64,000 nt of DNA from Mobula hypostoma (Eukaryota). This document shows positions 27,001 through 40,454 of this stretch, in pieces. How positions within the stretch are numbered: the stretch's first letter is position 1; each line of letters begins with the position of its first letter. The translations under genes and the position numbers were made by a program. The notes under the pieces were generated by a model. That model saw nothing but the letters and a program-made list of their open reading frames with translations. It made no database searches and was not told the DNA's origin. Location of the stretch: positions 86,058,001-86,122,000 of the forward strand of contig NC_086097.1 in NCBI RefSeq assembly GCF_963921235.1. Direction: 5' to 3'.

Positions 27001-30000
27001 AAAGATAAAGGAAGAGAGGAATCAAGAAGAGAAATAATAGGAAAGTTCGTAACAGGGTTGGCTTCCAAAAAGACCCGTATTGGACAACCCTCACAATTAA
27101 TATAATACAACTAGAACATAAGATTTTGTATGATAATTGCCTAATAATATAACCTAAAATTGGGTAGAGCAAGACCTCCATTCTTTTTAATTTTTTATTG
27201 GTGGGCTTTATTTAATCGGGTGTTTCTGTTCTTCCATAATAGGAAGAAAGAATCGAATCTAAAGAATCAAAAGAAGAGTTTGGAATAAAAACAGGTACGG
27301 CTTGAAAAAGGTATATAAATTTAGGTAAAATATTCATTTTATAGAATTAATTCGACCAATCAACGATAAAGAGAGAGGCGACCAATTAGAAAGTGTCTTT
27401 TTCACATAATTCATTAAGGTTAGAAATTTTTCTTTGATTAGATCTTTTTAATTCTTAGTGATTGTTACAGCAAATTATGCAAATTGTTTTCTTACAATTT
27501 CAAAAGGTAGGTTAATATCTGTTGGTATCAAATTATTTAAAGGAAACAATTCACTCTTATGTAAATACAATTTATATCCTGAAAACTGACTAAAATTAGT
27601 CAGTAAAAGAAACATAGAGGGTAAAGAAGTTGTTACATTAGATATAAAAAGCAATAGGTCATCAGCATAAAGTGAGATTTTATAAATAGTACCTTTCCTT
27701 AAGATACCGATGATATCTTTAGACTCTTGAAAGACAATTGCTAAAGGTTCTAATACCAAATCAGAAAGCAAAGGGCTCAACGGACATCCTTGTCTGGTTC
27801 CACGTTGGAGTTTAATTGGTTTAGAATTCTGAAAGTTAGTAAGGACCCGAGCGGACTGAGATAAGTAATTTAATCCAATGAATAAAATTGGGCCCAAAGT
27901 TAAAATTTTCTACAGCTTTAAGTAGGTAATTCCATTCAACTCGGTCAAAAGCCTTCTCACATCCAGAGAAATCACACATTCCGACATTTCCTTGGATGGA
28001 GAATGCATAACATTTTAACAATCGCCATATATTAAAATGGGAATATCGATTTTTAATAAATCCTGTCTGATCATCAGATATTATAGAAGGTATAATATTT
28101 TTGAGTCTATGGGCCAAAACTTTAGATAAGATCTTAGCATCAGCATTGAGTAAAGAGATTGGTCTATATGAACAGCATTCAGTGAGATTCTTATTCTTTT
28201 TAAGGATAAGCGAAAGGGAAGCTTCATAAAAAGACTGTGGCAACCTACCCACCTTGAAGGAATCAGTAAGGGTGGAACATAAATAAGGTATTAGCAATGA
28301 AGAAAAAGCCTTATAAAATTCTCCACAGAATCCGTCAGGTCCTGGAGATTTCCCAGAGTACAATGAACGTATAACCTCAGTGATTTCCTCCTGAGAAATA
28401 GGTTGATCCAATTGCTTTCGATTATCAACCGAAAGTCCAGGAATATTTAATTGGTCTAAAAATTGTTCATTGCAGTATTATCTTTAACAAAATCAGAACT
28501 ATACAATTTAGAATAAAATTCTCAAAAATTGTCATTTATTTCAAAATGGTCAGTCATCATGTCAATATTGGTTTTGCAAATTTCTTTAATTTGCCGTTTA
28601 GCTATAAAGGTCTTCAACTGATTAGCCAACAGTTTACCAGTTCTTTCTCCATGTATATAGAATTGGCTTCTATCTTTTAAAAGTTGGCTTTCAATTGGAT
28701 ACGTTATAAGAAGATCATATTTAGTTTTAATTTCAATACATCTTTTTTATAGTTCAGGGTCTGGTGCCAAAGTATATTTCTGGTCTAATTGTTTTAATTG
28801 ATTAAGTAAATCATTTCTCTCTTTATTATCTTTTTTCTTAATATATGCAGTATAGGAGATAATTCATCCTCTAATATATGCCTTAAAAGCACCCCAAATG
28901 ATAAGACTAGAAGTCTCTTACAATGCATTTTCTTCAAAAAAAAGAGTAATTTGATTCTCCATAAATTTTAGAAAGCCCTTATCAGATAACAGAGTTAAAT
29001 TAAAATGTCAGGATCTGTTCATATGAGTGAAATCAGGAAGATTTAAAGATGGTCGAAGAATGGTCGAATACAGCTATTTCTTTATATTCAATGGATCAAA
29101 CTAATGGAATCATTTGACTATCAATAAAAAAAAGTCAATCCTGGTATAGGAATGATGAACATGAGTGAAGAATGAATACTCCCTTTCTGCTGGGTGAAAA
29201 AAAACTCCAGACATCAACAATATCACATTTCGTTAGAAAGGATTGAATAAATAAAGCTGATTTATTAGGTGTGGCTGATTTAAGAGGAGAACAATCTAAT
29301 ACTGGGTCTAGACAACAATTAAAATCTCCTCCCATCACTAAAGAATAAAGACTCAAATCTGGCAAGAATGAAAAGAATGCTCAAAAAATCCTGGGTCATC
29401 CACATTGGGGGTGTACACATTAGCAAATACTATTAATTTATTATCTAATTTCCCTGACATAATGACAAATTGCCCATTAGGGTCAGAGACAACTTTATGT
29501 TGAACAAAAGAAATTGTATTGTGTATAAAAATCAAAACACCTCGAGATTTTTCTCTGAATGAAGAATGGAATTGTGGACCCCTCCACGGACTAAAATGGC
29601 ATGTGTTGTCACAACTACGTATATGCATTTCTTGTAGAAAAATAATGGGGGCCCTTATCTTTTTAATATAAGCAAAAATCTTATTCCGTCTCACAGGATG
29701 ATTTAACCCTTTCACATTAAAACTAAGTAAATTAATATTTTGATCCATTTTAAATACTAATTAACAGAAGAATTAAAGGATCTGATCATAAATTATTAGA
29801 ACCAGAGAATGAACCATAAAATAAGGTATTCAAATAGAAAATTTGAATGGTAGCCCAATCCAGCTTCCAGAGAAAAAAGAAAAGAGAAACCCCATTCTCC
29901 TCCCTCTCCCAAAGCCAAAAAGCTAGCCAAAGAACAGTTGGCATGCTAAACCATAAAGATAACCCTCCCAAAGAAATCGTGCTGGCAATACTCCAATCAT

Positions 30001-31435
30001 TCAAGGTTACTATGTTCCTACCAAGACAAAACAGACAAAAAAAAACTTAGATCAGAAATCCAAAACATAAGCGGATTCGTTTTAACAATTTCAAAAAGAA
30101 TATGTATAGAAAAATCTCAAAAAAAGAATAAAGTAGTAAAAAATATCAAAATACAAGATATATAAATGGTCAAAACGTAACTTTATTAAAACCTTATTCT
30201 ATCCAACATTAAAAAGGTAATTGCTCTTCTAAGAGATATAACGCAATTAATCTTCTGCTTTCAAAAACTTATGTGCGCGTTCAACCGATCCCAGCCATTT
30301 CTGCACACCATTTTTCCAAATGATCCTCAGACATGCGGGGAAGCAAAGGGAGGGCTTACACCCTTTGTTATAAAGTAGCGACATGACCTCTTTATACTTA
30401 GCACATTCAGCCATAACCTCCGGTATATAATCTTCCACGAATCTTATCATCTTCCCGTTGTAATCGATCATTCCTACTCAACGGGTATGACGGATTAAAA
30501 ACTTGTTAGTAGGAAATTCAAGAAAGCATAAAATAACTGACCTAGGTCACTCTCCCAACACCGGTGGGCACTGTCCAACTTAGGCACAGATGGCAATAAA
30601 TCAGGGAATAACTGCTTCAGAAAGCTTGCAAAGAACTCTGTGGGGTGGGCACCTTCAATTGATTCTTCAAGACCCGGAATACGTAGATTGTTCCTCCTGT
30701 TTCTGCCTTCCAGGCTGGTAATCTTCTTTGTTAATTTTTCATTAGATAATGATAATTTTTTGCTGAGCTTACTCATGTCTCCTAAGTCAGCTTCCAGTAT
30801 CGACAAAGTTTCTTTATTCTCCTTAATTCGCTTTTCATGTTCGATTAGAGTTTGTTGAATAGTGTCCAATTTGACATTAAGATGTTGAAATTCCTCAGAG
30901 AGTTCTGTCTTTGTTTTTTAAGGAAATCTCCAATTGATTCCAAAGTGGTTGGAGAATCATCTTCTTTTTCTTTTGCAGAGACTTTAGTCTTTCTCATAGA
31001 CATAATAGAGCAATATTGAGATTTATAATAAGGTTTCAAAAAACTGGTAGGAAACAAAAAGATAGATAAGGTAGGAACAAGGTCAAAAAGATGTTACCCC
31101 ATTGGCTGCCAGCAGGGCTCTTCGATGGATTTTTCCCCTGAGGTTGGATGAGTCTAGAACTAGAAGTCAAATATGAAAGGTGAAATATTTAAGGGGAACC
31201 TGAGGAGGAACTTCTTCACTCAGAGGGTTGAGCAAGTGTGGAACAAGCTTCCAGTGGAATTGGTGGATGCAAGTTCAATTTCAACATTTAAGGAAATTTG
31301 AAAGGAAATAGATGGGAAGTGGATGGAGGACTATGGTCCAGGCGTGGGTTGGGACTAGGAGGAATAACAGTTCAGCAAGGAATATGTTGGCCAAAGGGCC
31401 TGTTTTTTGCACTGTACTGTTCTATTACTCTATAA
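24060..31435 (+). mobile_element. Decayed CR1 split by an L1 insertion (24060-25651 and 31127-31435)
   Basis: ORF2 remnants (NPKGFYRY, DFNKAFDK, PNLEYCLQF) continue after the L1 and end in a ctgtactgttctattactctata tail. Confidence 0.85.
25652..31126 (-). mobile_element. Full-length decayed L1-clade LINE
   Basis: ORF1 remnants (LEGRNRRNNLRIPGL) and ORF2 from ATG 29748 (LLSFNVKGLN, GGDFN, KSPGPDGF, YRPISLLN, QGCPLSPLL, LYADD). Reverse AATAAA at 25674-25679, degenerate poly(A), and a 9-bp TSD GGATTTTTC at 25643-25651 and 31127-31135. Confidence 0.9.
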
Positions 31436-31654
31436 ATTTCCACTCAAATTTCCAGCTCATACTAATCAAAAGATGACAAAGCTGTTTATTCATGTGTACA
31501 TTCATGGTAAAGTGGGCACCTTCCAAATTCAATCATTTGTCTGTCCTAGACTGGCAACTTTTTCACACACAACTCTTGCATCTTTTAGAACATCAGGCAA
31601 TTTAGCAAATCATTCACTGACTTATCCCAAGTTAAACCAAAAAGACCTAGGCAG

Positions 31655-32092
31655 TGGACAATGGTAGTACAGTTAGGTAAGGAGTCGCTTTCACCGATAA
31701 AAGCTTCTATTGTGTGTTGATTAAAACAACGAGGAAGATTGAAACACCAAGGAGAATGCGGAATGCGGAATGAAGAGGGTGATAGCTCTGCGATCAGATT
31801 CAGGAGAGCCTGCTGCTGTCCCCAAAGAATATTACCCAGGTTTTCTGCATTTTGGATATGGACTTGGACTATAGACTCTTTTTCAATCTTAGAGATTTTA
31901 ATATTCTGTGTTTTTAGTCTGATCTTCCTTTTTTTGTGTGTGGGGAGGGGGGATTTGCGGGGATGTGCCTGTTCCGTTTTGTTCATTTTTTTTGTGGGGA
32001 GGGGGCAATTTGGGAGTTGATGATCGTGTTGCCTTTCTTTTCTTTCTTGGTTTCATGTCTATCAGGAGAAGAAGAATTTCAGAGTTGGATAC
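31655..32092 (+). mobile_element. Non-coding retroposon with Rex1-like tail
   Basis: The 3' part (agaagaagaatttcagagttg) resembles the reverse complement of the 15956-16030 tail region. Confidence 0.45.
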
Positions 32093-32249
32093 TTCGACCA
32101 CAAATGAACCTTTGAAATTTATTGGGCTCTGACCTTTTAGGGCATAGTCCCATTGTCATGGATAATGCTGAAATTCCAAAAGGCATCACATTCTTTCCAG
32201 AGTTGAAGATGCTTCATCTGCTCTAACTGTGCTGGTGGCCCTAGGACCA

Positions 32250-32686
32250 ATAGGGATTTTGGGTCCTGGGTTCTAGATTAAATGGTGTTTGTGTGACTAG
32301 TGAAGTGGGATTGCTGCTGTTCAAGAGCCGAAGAGGCTTCAGTGATCAGAGGGACAAGTGATGCACTTGTTGGCCAAGGCATTGGGCAGTGGGTTAGATT
32401 AAGTGATTGGATTTCCAAGCGGGGGGAAAAACTTACTGTTGATTTGTACAGTTGTGATGGGACTGTCAGTGTAGGGATGGAGGAGTAATAAAGATTTAAA
32501 GGTGGGATATTATTAAATGATGTGTGGGTCAAACTCGGGGGGGGGCAGGGGCGAATAAAGCTCTGGGAACAAATGGGGAACGGGTGGGGTTAGGATCTTT
32601 TCCTTTCAAGGTTGGGGATTCTATACAATTGTGATTAGAAAAGCTTATCTATTATCAGAAACCCTCCTAGCATAACATTAATAAAG
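32250..32686 (+). mobile_element. Possible old L1/Tx1 3' fragment
   Basis: ORF2-end-like remnant, G-rich 3' UTR, AATAAA near 32680. Confidence 0.35.
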
Positions 32687-33440
32687 ATTTTAGATTTAGA
32701 ATTTTATTTCTTGCATCCATGAGAGAATAAAAATCTTTATGTTGCACCACTGTCGCTATGTACAAGCAATAAGGAAGGGAAGTGTGGAAGGATATTGTAC
32801 ACATAATTGTTCTGTCTACATGTACATACCATCAGTTAGAATGTACAGTCAGATATGCAATCGGATCAATGTGTATTGATAAATCTGATGACCTGGTGAA
32901 GGAGGCTCCGTAATCCATGATCAACGACTTGGTTTTTTCAACATTGTTGTTTTCTTGGCACCACTGTCAGGGTGTTGACTTCTCCTCTGTAGGCTGTCTC
33001 ATCATCATTGGAAATAAAACCTATCAATGTCATGTTATCTGCAAATTTGATCAGCAGATTCGAGCTGTGCATGGCAACACAGTTGTGGGTGTATAGGGAG
33101 TAGAGGAGGGTCTCAGGCCCTGTGGGGGGCTCTTGTGTTGAGGGTCAGAGGGGCAGAGGTGAGGGTGCCTATCCTTACCACTTGCCGGCGATCTGACAGG
33201 AAGTCCACGATCCAGCTGACAAGGTGGGGGTGAAGGCCGGGGTCTCTGAGCTTCTTGGCGAGACTGAGGGGATTAATGGTGTTGAATGCTGAACTGTAGT
33301 CCAAGACCAGCATTCTCACATAAGCATTCCTCTTCTCCAGGTGAGTGAGGACGGGCTCTACTGCTGTGGCTATGGCATCGTCTGCTGATCAGTTGTGTCA
33401 GGAGGAGAATTATAGGGGATCCATTGTGGGTGGTAGCATG
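32686..33440 (-). mobile_element. Rex1/Babar RT fragment
   Basis: RMLVLDYSSAFNTI, WIVDFLSDRRQVVR, TLNTRAP and KFADNM motifs. Confidence 0.8.
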
Positions 33441-35189
33441 TATGTTAAAGTATGGTTGTGTCAGGAGTAACCACCGACTGTCAATCACCTTTCCTGGAAC
33501 AGCTGTGTCCCATAATGAAAGTTTCATCCAACTAAATGTAATTGAAGAATACTAATCATAAAATATTAAAACAGGAGTGGAATTATTGCTCAGATTTCCA
33601 GAACGGCATTAAATGCCATTAAAAAGAAACTTCTGCTACTACAACTTTGTCATTCCCTAATTCATTTTGGAACCACTTGGACGGTGGAAAACAACAATTT
33701 CTTGACCAAAGATTCTAAACTTCATCTCTGTCACCTGAATGAATTGTAGATTGAAAACACACACAAGCAGAAATCCAGCAGATTATAGAATTTGAAATTG
33801 AAACCCAGCCTAATAATCAGAGAACTACATAAAGTATTCAAAAGCAAGGTCACCAGACCATAGTAATGTCAAAATCAATTGTTAGACAGCATAGGTTACT
33901 GACTAGTAATGTGGGTTGACTTCCATTTGCAGTCTTTCATTAGTTATTACTGCAATTTCTAAAGGATAGCTAAATTTAGGTCAGAAGATTGTGCAGACAT
34001 CTGTATGTATTAAGAGTTAAATTCTTATAGAGTTATTGCTACGTAAGGTTTGCAGGGTTTCTCCAGCCCTCATTGTGCAGAACACAAAGATCTTCAACCT
34101 TCGTTTAAAACTGGAGTAATTCAAATGGTTCTTCTTTGGAGTCAGCTATTTTGGTTTTGAAGATGTGTTTTCACCTTTTATCACTGTGTACAATTGAAAG
34201 CACAGAAACTAACTATTCAGATGATTTGACCTATGTTATTAATTAAATCCCTCTTGACCTTTCTCCCACTCTCTGTACTTCATTCTTTCTTCTTTAAGTA
34301 ATTACCTTGTTCTTAAATACATCTTCACTACTTAGGTCAACCTCTACAATAACAAGTTCCACACCTCGTGACACAGTTTTTAAAAAAAATTCCTTGCTGA
34401 ATTAATCAGTCACCATCTCATATTCATAATATCCATGTTAACTCAGGTACAAAGGTGTCTGATACAAGCTTAGGGTTCTACTTAGACCTCCATTAGCAGT
34501 GGAGCGTGCTTCAAGAGATTGCTGATCGGACTAGGCAGAACATTCCTTGTGTGACTTTCAGAAAGAAGCACTGATCTTGCATCCCAAGGGACATTTGTTC
34601 TGCAGAAACACTGGGCCACTGAACCATTGCAATATGACCTTCAGGGTAACACAGAAGGAAACAGGTAAGTGAAAATACAGTGTTAACTAGTGAGAAACTG
34701 ATACCTTCCAGAGTTAACAGAAAATAACTTGAAATTTGAATTGGACCTTACTGATCAGGGGTGCTGACGCTCAACCGTTGGGGAGTGTGCTCATTCACTT
34801 CTTCAATTCACAGAGTAGCTTACAAAGCAAAATGCCCAGATCTGGGTACTTCTGCCCAAAGTTAATGGGAAGATTGTGACCTCAATATCTCTGCCTGCAG
34901 GATAACAACTCATAAAAGGGGCAGCCCACAGTGCAAATGAACAATTGCTGAAATGTTAGCAGAGCAGCAAAAAAAAGACAATGATTAAAATATAGCTTTT
35001 TGATGCTTAGTGTCTGCTAGAGAAATTCTAATATTATTGGAGGGTCTTGGAATTGGCTTCTGCAGAAACTTCTACGAAATATCTCACCCATTAAAACAAA
35101 CAATTCATCATGCCCATCCCCTGAACAGACTGCATCTTATTTATACCCCTCTGGCTTTAAATAAACAGGTAAGATTCCTGATTTATTAC

Positions 35190-35610
35190 TGAAATGGCAG
35201 ATTTGACATTTGAGGAAAGATTGAGCAGACAGAAGCTAGGCCCTTGAGTTTGAAAGAATGAGAGGTGATCTGATTGAAGCAGACAAAATTCTTCTAGGGC
35301 TTGACAGGTGTGATACAGAGTTAGCGGTATTGACTGTACTTGTCTTTAACCAGGTGATACCATCCCAGTCAAATGGCTGGAATTGCAGGACAGACATAAG
35401 AAGAAATATCTTCACCCGGAGTGTCCAAGAGAGTGAGAGAAGCTCCGAATACTGAGAATATTCAAGGCAAATAATGATAAGTCTTTCCAAATTTAGGGAA
35501 TCAGTATTAGAGCAGAAAACTAATGCAATATTAAAAGATCTGCCATATTCTTATTGAATGGTGGGACAGCTACAAGACTGATGGCCTATTCTGACTCTAT
35601 TTCCTATGCA
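35190..35610 (+). mobile_element. Old CR1 3' fragment
   Basis: MRGDLIEADKILLGLDR...RRNIFTRSV and a CR1 3' UTR ending cctattctgactctatttcctatg. Confidence 0.7.
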
Positions 35611-36801
35611 ATCTGACTTTTCCCACGCAGCTCAAGGGCAGTTGGTGAGTTATTATTACTAAACACTTGGTATGTTGAAAGATTAATTTGTATATACAAA
35701 CAGTAAACATCAGAAATTACTAATACTCAATAAATCAACTTTTCTTTCAAAGATTTGCATGTTTGGGATTGTATTAAACAGACTGAACAGTTCTACTTTT
35801 CCTTCAGACGCTAAAGACTAATAGAGGGAAAAATTAATAGTTCAAATTTCAAGTCTAAATTATAGGAATCTGCCACGTTTTCTGCAGTCACAAACAGTTT
35901 TCAATGTTAGAGAGTTAAATAATTTATGTTAAATTATTAACAAAATAAGTTAATTGGAGTTTCTCTTTAAAAAATGGTTTGTATAGATGGCGGGAACCTT
36001 TACCAATACTCAGTATATGTAATCATCAATAATAACACCAGAAAACTTTGGGAACACCCAGTAGATCAGGTGGCATCAATGGAAAGAAAAGTAAAGCTAC
36101 ATTTTAGGTTTTAGATCAAAGACCTTTTGGCAATTATCCTCAAATTGGAAATGCTCGCATCTGTATTTGAGTTCCTTAACTGGAATTATATCCAAGAAGC
36201 AAAGACACCCGTTCATCATAAAAGTAAAGTTCTTGGATGGGGAAGATCAAATTGCTGGCAAGAAACACAATATACTGTGATACTTGATGCAAGGGGGAAA
36301 ATGTTTCCCTTAGGAGTTCCCAAAAAGTTGACCAACCTGACACATGGGGGCTTTCTTCCAGCCAGCTCTACAACCTTCACAGTGTCATCGAGTCATAAAG
36401 TCATAAATGAGTCAAGACAAGTACAGCTCAGAAAGGGGCTATTAAGCCCATCTAAACCTTGCCAGATCCACTTAACTTGCCCACTCCCACCGACCTGCAC
36501 CAGGATCATAGCCCTCCATACCCCTAGCATCCATGGACCCTTAAATCATTGAAATCAAGCTTGCATGCGCCACTTTAGCCAGCAGCTCATTCCACACTCT
36601 CATGACCCTCTGAGTGAAGAAGTTTCCCCTCATGTTCCCTTTAAATTTGTCGCATTTCACCCTTAACTCATGACCTCTGGTTGCAGTCCCACCTAACACC
36701 AGTGGAAAAAGCCTGCTTGCATTACTCTATCTATACCTCTCATAATTTTGTATACCTCCCTCCATCAAATATCCTCTTAATCTTTTACATATTCCAATGA
36801 A

Positions 36802-39800
36802 GAAACAGAAAAGGAACCTGGAGGAAGCCTCAGTGGCTGCGCCTATGGCACAGAAGGGTAGGAAACTGAAGAGGATGGCAGCAGTAATAGGGGACTCCGT
36901 AGTTAGGGGGGACAGATAGGCAATTAGATTATGTGGACACTTAGTCTTTGTTTATTGTCATTTAGAAATGCATGCATTAAAAAAATGATACAACATTCCT
37001 CCAGAATGATATCACAGGAAAACACAGGACAAACCAAGACTAAAACTGACAAAACCACATAATTATAACATATAGTTACAACAGTGCAAAGCAATACCAT
37101 AACTTGATAAAGAGCAGACCATGGGCACAGTAAAACAAGTCTCAAAGTCCCGATAGACTCATCATCCCATGCAGGCGGCAAAAGGGAGAAACTCTCCCCG
37201 CCATGAACCTCCAAGCGCTGCCAACTCGCCGATGCAGCACCATTGGAAGCACCCGCCCGCAGCGGACTCTGAGTCCATCCGAAAACTTTGAGCCTCCAAC
37301 CAGCCCCTCCGACACAGCCTCTCCGAGCACCGTCCTCTGCCGAGCAATTCTGTGGATGAGAAAAAGAAACGCGGATGCTAGTTTGCCCCCCAGGTGACAG
37401 GGACCGCGATATTTCTGAACATGTCCACAATATTCTGAAAAGGGAGGGTGAGCAACCAGAAGTCGTGGCACATATTGGTACCAACGACACAGGTAGAGAA
37501 AGGGAAGAGGTCCTGAAAACAGAATACAATGAGTCAGGAAGGAAGTTGAGAAGCAGGACGTCAAGGATAGTAATCTTGGGATTGCTGCCTGTGCCAGGCA
37601 ACAGTGAAGATAGGAATAGAATGAGGCTGCAGATAAACACGTGGCTGAAGAATTGGAGCAGGAGGCAAGGATTCAGATTTCTGTATCATTGGGACCTCAG
37701 CTGGGCCAGGTGTGACCTGTACGAAAGGGACGGATTGCACTTAAGTCCAAGGGGATTGGGAAAAACAGGTTGGTGTCAGATTGCAAGAGAGGGAATTTGC
37801 TGAATGCCTATGAGATGGCTTTTTAGAATAGCTTGTACTTGAGCCTACCTAGGGAAAGGTTATCTGAAACTGGGTTTTGTATTATAATAACCCAGATTTT
37901 GTTAGGGATCTTAAGGTAAAGGAACCCTTAGGAGACAGTGATCATAATATGATTGAACTCATATTGCAGTTTGGGAGGGAGAAGCATAAGTCAGATGTAT
38001 CAGTATCAGAATGGAATAAAGGTAGTTACAGAGGTATGAGAGAGGAGCTTGCCCAGCTGCATTGGAGGGGGATACTGGTGAGGATGACGGCAGAGCAGAG
38101 GTGGCTGTAGTTTCTGGGAATAGTTCACAAGACGCAGGATAAAGATGTCCCACAGAAAAAGAAGTTCTCAAATGGCAGGAGTAGGCAACTGTGCTGGCAA
38201 GGGAAGTTAAGGACTGCATAAAAGCCAAGGAAAGGACATATAATACAGCAAAAGTGAGTGGGAAGGTGGGCAATTGGAAAGTTTTAAAAATTCAACAAAA
38301 GGCAACTAAAAAATGGATAAGGAGGGAAAATGAAAATGAGAGTAGACTAGCCAATAATATAAAGCAAGATACTAAAAGTTTTTTCAGTTATATAAAGGGA
38401 GGTGAGAGTTGATATTGGACCACTGGAAAATGATGCTGGTGAGGTAGTAATGGCAGACAAAGAAATGGTGGATGAACTTATTAAGTATCTTGCATCATTC
38501 TTCATTGTGAAAGACACTAGCAGTACTCCAGAGGTTCATGAGAGTTAGGGAGCAGAAGTGAGTGCCATTTATATTACAAAGGAAAAAGTGTTAGGCAAAC
38601 TCAAAGGTCTTTAGGTGGATAGCCAGAAGACTACATCACAGAGTTCTGTGAGAGGCTGCTGAAGAGATAATGGATGTATTGGTCATGATCTTTCAAGAAT
38701 CACTTGATTCTGGCATGGTCCTGGAGGACTGGAAGATTGCAAATGTCACTCCACTCTTTAAGAAGGGAGGAAGGCAAAAGAAAGGAAATTATAGGCCAGT
38801 TAGCCAAAACCTCAGTGACTGGGAAAGTTTTGGAGTCTATCATTAAGAAAAAGGTTTTGGGGTACTTGGAGACCAATGATAAAATAAGTCAAAGCCAGCA
38901 TGGTTTCTGTAAAGGGAAACCTTACCTGACAAACCTGTTAGAGTTCTTTCAAGAAGTACAAGCAGTGTAGACAAAGGAGAGGCAGTGGATGTCATTTACT
39001 TGGATTTTCAGAAGGCATTTAATTAAGTGCCACACATGAGGCTGCTTAACAAGATAAAATCCCATGACATTACAGGAAAGATACTGACATGGATAGAGGA
39101 ATGGCTGACAGGCAGGAGGCAGTGAGTGGGAATAAAGAGGACTTTTTATGATTGGCTGCCAATGACTAGTGGTGCTCCTCAGGAGTCAATATTGGAACCA
39201 CTACTTTTCACAATGTTTATAAATAATTTAAATAATAGAATTGATGGTTTTGTGGCAAAGTTTGCAGATGATACAGAGATAGGTGGAGGGGTAGGTGGTG
39301 CCAAGGAAACAATGCAATACCAGTAGGACTTAGACAAATTGGAAGAATGGGCAACAAGGTGGCAGATGGAATACAGTGTTGGGAAATGTATGATAGTGCA
39401 TTTTGATAAAAGGAACAAAAGTGCAGACTATTATCTAAATGGGGACAGAATTTAAAGAACAGAGGTACAAAGGGACTTAGAAGTCCTCATGAAAGACTTC
39501 CAGAAGGTTAATTTACAGGTTGAGTAAAGAAGGCAAATGCAATGTTGTCATTCATTTCAAAGGTAATAGAATATAAAAACAAGGAGATAACCCTGAGGCT
39601 TCATAAAACTCTGCTCAGGCCGCACTTAGAGTATTGTCAACAGATTTGCGCCCCATATCTCAGAAAGGATGTGTTGTCATTGGTGTGAGTCTGAAGGAGT
39701 TTCACATGGATGATTCCAGGAATGAAGGGGTTAACATATGAGGAGCATTTGGCAGCTTTGGGCCTGTATTCACTGGAGTTTAGAAGAATGTGTGGGGATC

Positions 39801-40180
39801 TTATTGAAACCTACCGAATGTTGAAAGGACTAGATAGGGTGGATGTGGAGAGAATGTTTCCTCTGGTGACGTACCCAGTAACCAGCCTCAAAATTGAGGG
39901 GCGACCATTTGGAACAGAAGTAAGGAGGAATTGTTCTTAGCCAGAGAGTAGTGAATCTGTGGAATGCTCTGCCACAGACAGCTGTGGAGGCCAAGACTAT
40001 GGGTATATTTAAAGTGAAAATTGATAGTTTTCAGATTGGTCAGGGCATCAAAGGTTATGGCAAGAAGGCAGATGTATTATGTTGAGTGAGATCGGGGATC
40101 AACCATGATGGAATGGCGGAGCAAACTCAATAGACTAAATGGTGTAATTCTGTTCCTATATTTTATGGTATGATGGTCTT
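36802..40180 (+). mobile_element. CR1 with partial ORF1 and decayed ORF2
   Basis: Esterase motifs GDSVVR, HIGTNDTG and DGLHL. An internal deletion near 37756 jumps into the endonuclease. KFADD motif and a TATGG-type tail. Confidence 0.85.
36926..37343 (-). mobile_element. 5'-truncated non-coding retroposon inside CR1 ORF1
   Basis: 6-bp TSD GCAATT (36920-36925, 37344-37349). Removing it restores DRQFCG. Reverse AATAAA near 36951. Confidence 0.8.
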
Positions 40181-40328
40181 AAGGAATGAAGTTCTAACCT
40201 ATTCAATCTTTCCTTATAATTCAGGTCCTCCAAACCTGGCAACGTCCTTCTAAATTTTTTTCTGTACTCGCTCAAACTTTTTTCATCTTTCCTGTAAGTA
40301 GGTGACCAAAACTGCACATAATACTCCA

Positions 40329-40454
40329 GAAGGGTCTCGGCCAAAACGTCGACTGCTTACTCTTCTTCATAGACGCTGTCTGCCCTGCTGAGTTCCATTT
40401 CATATGTGTTGCTTTGGATTTCCAGCATCTGCAGATTTTTTTCATGTTGTCAAG
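40329..40454 (+). mobile_element. Penelope-derived short repeat (half hammerhead) inside CR1
   Basis: 8-bp TSD ATACTCCA (40321-40328, 40455-40462). The insert begins gaagggtctcggccaaaacgtcgactg. Confidence 0.8.

Noticed and set aside
36924..37640. 238-aa minus-strand ORF
   Set aside because: Antisense shadow of CR1 ORF1 fused to an inserted retroposon.
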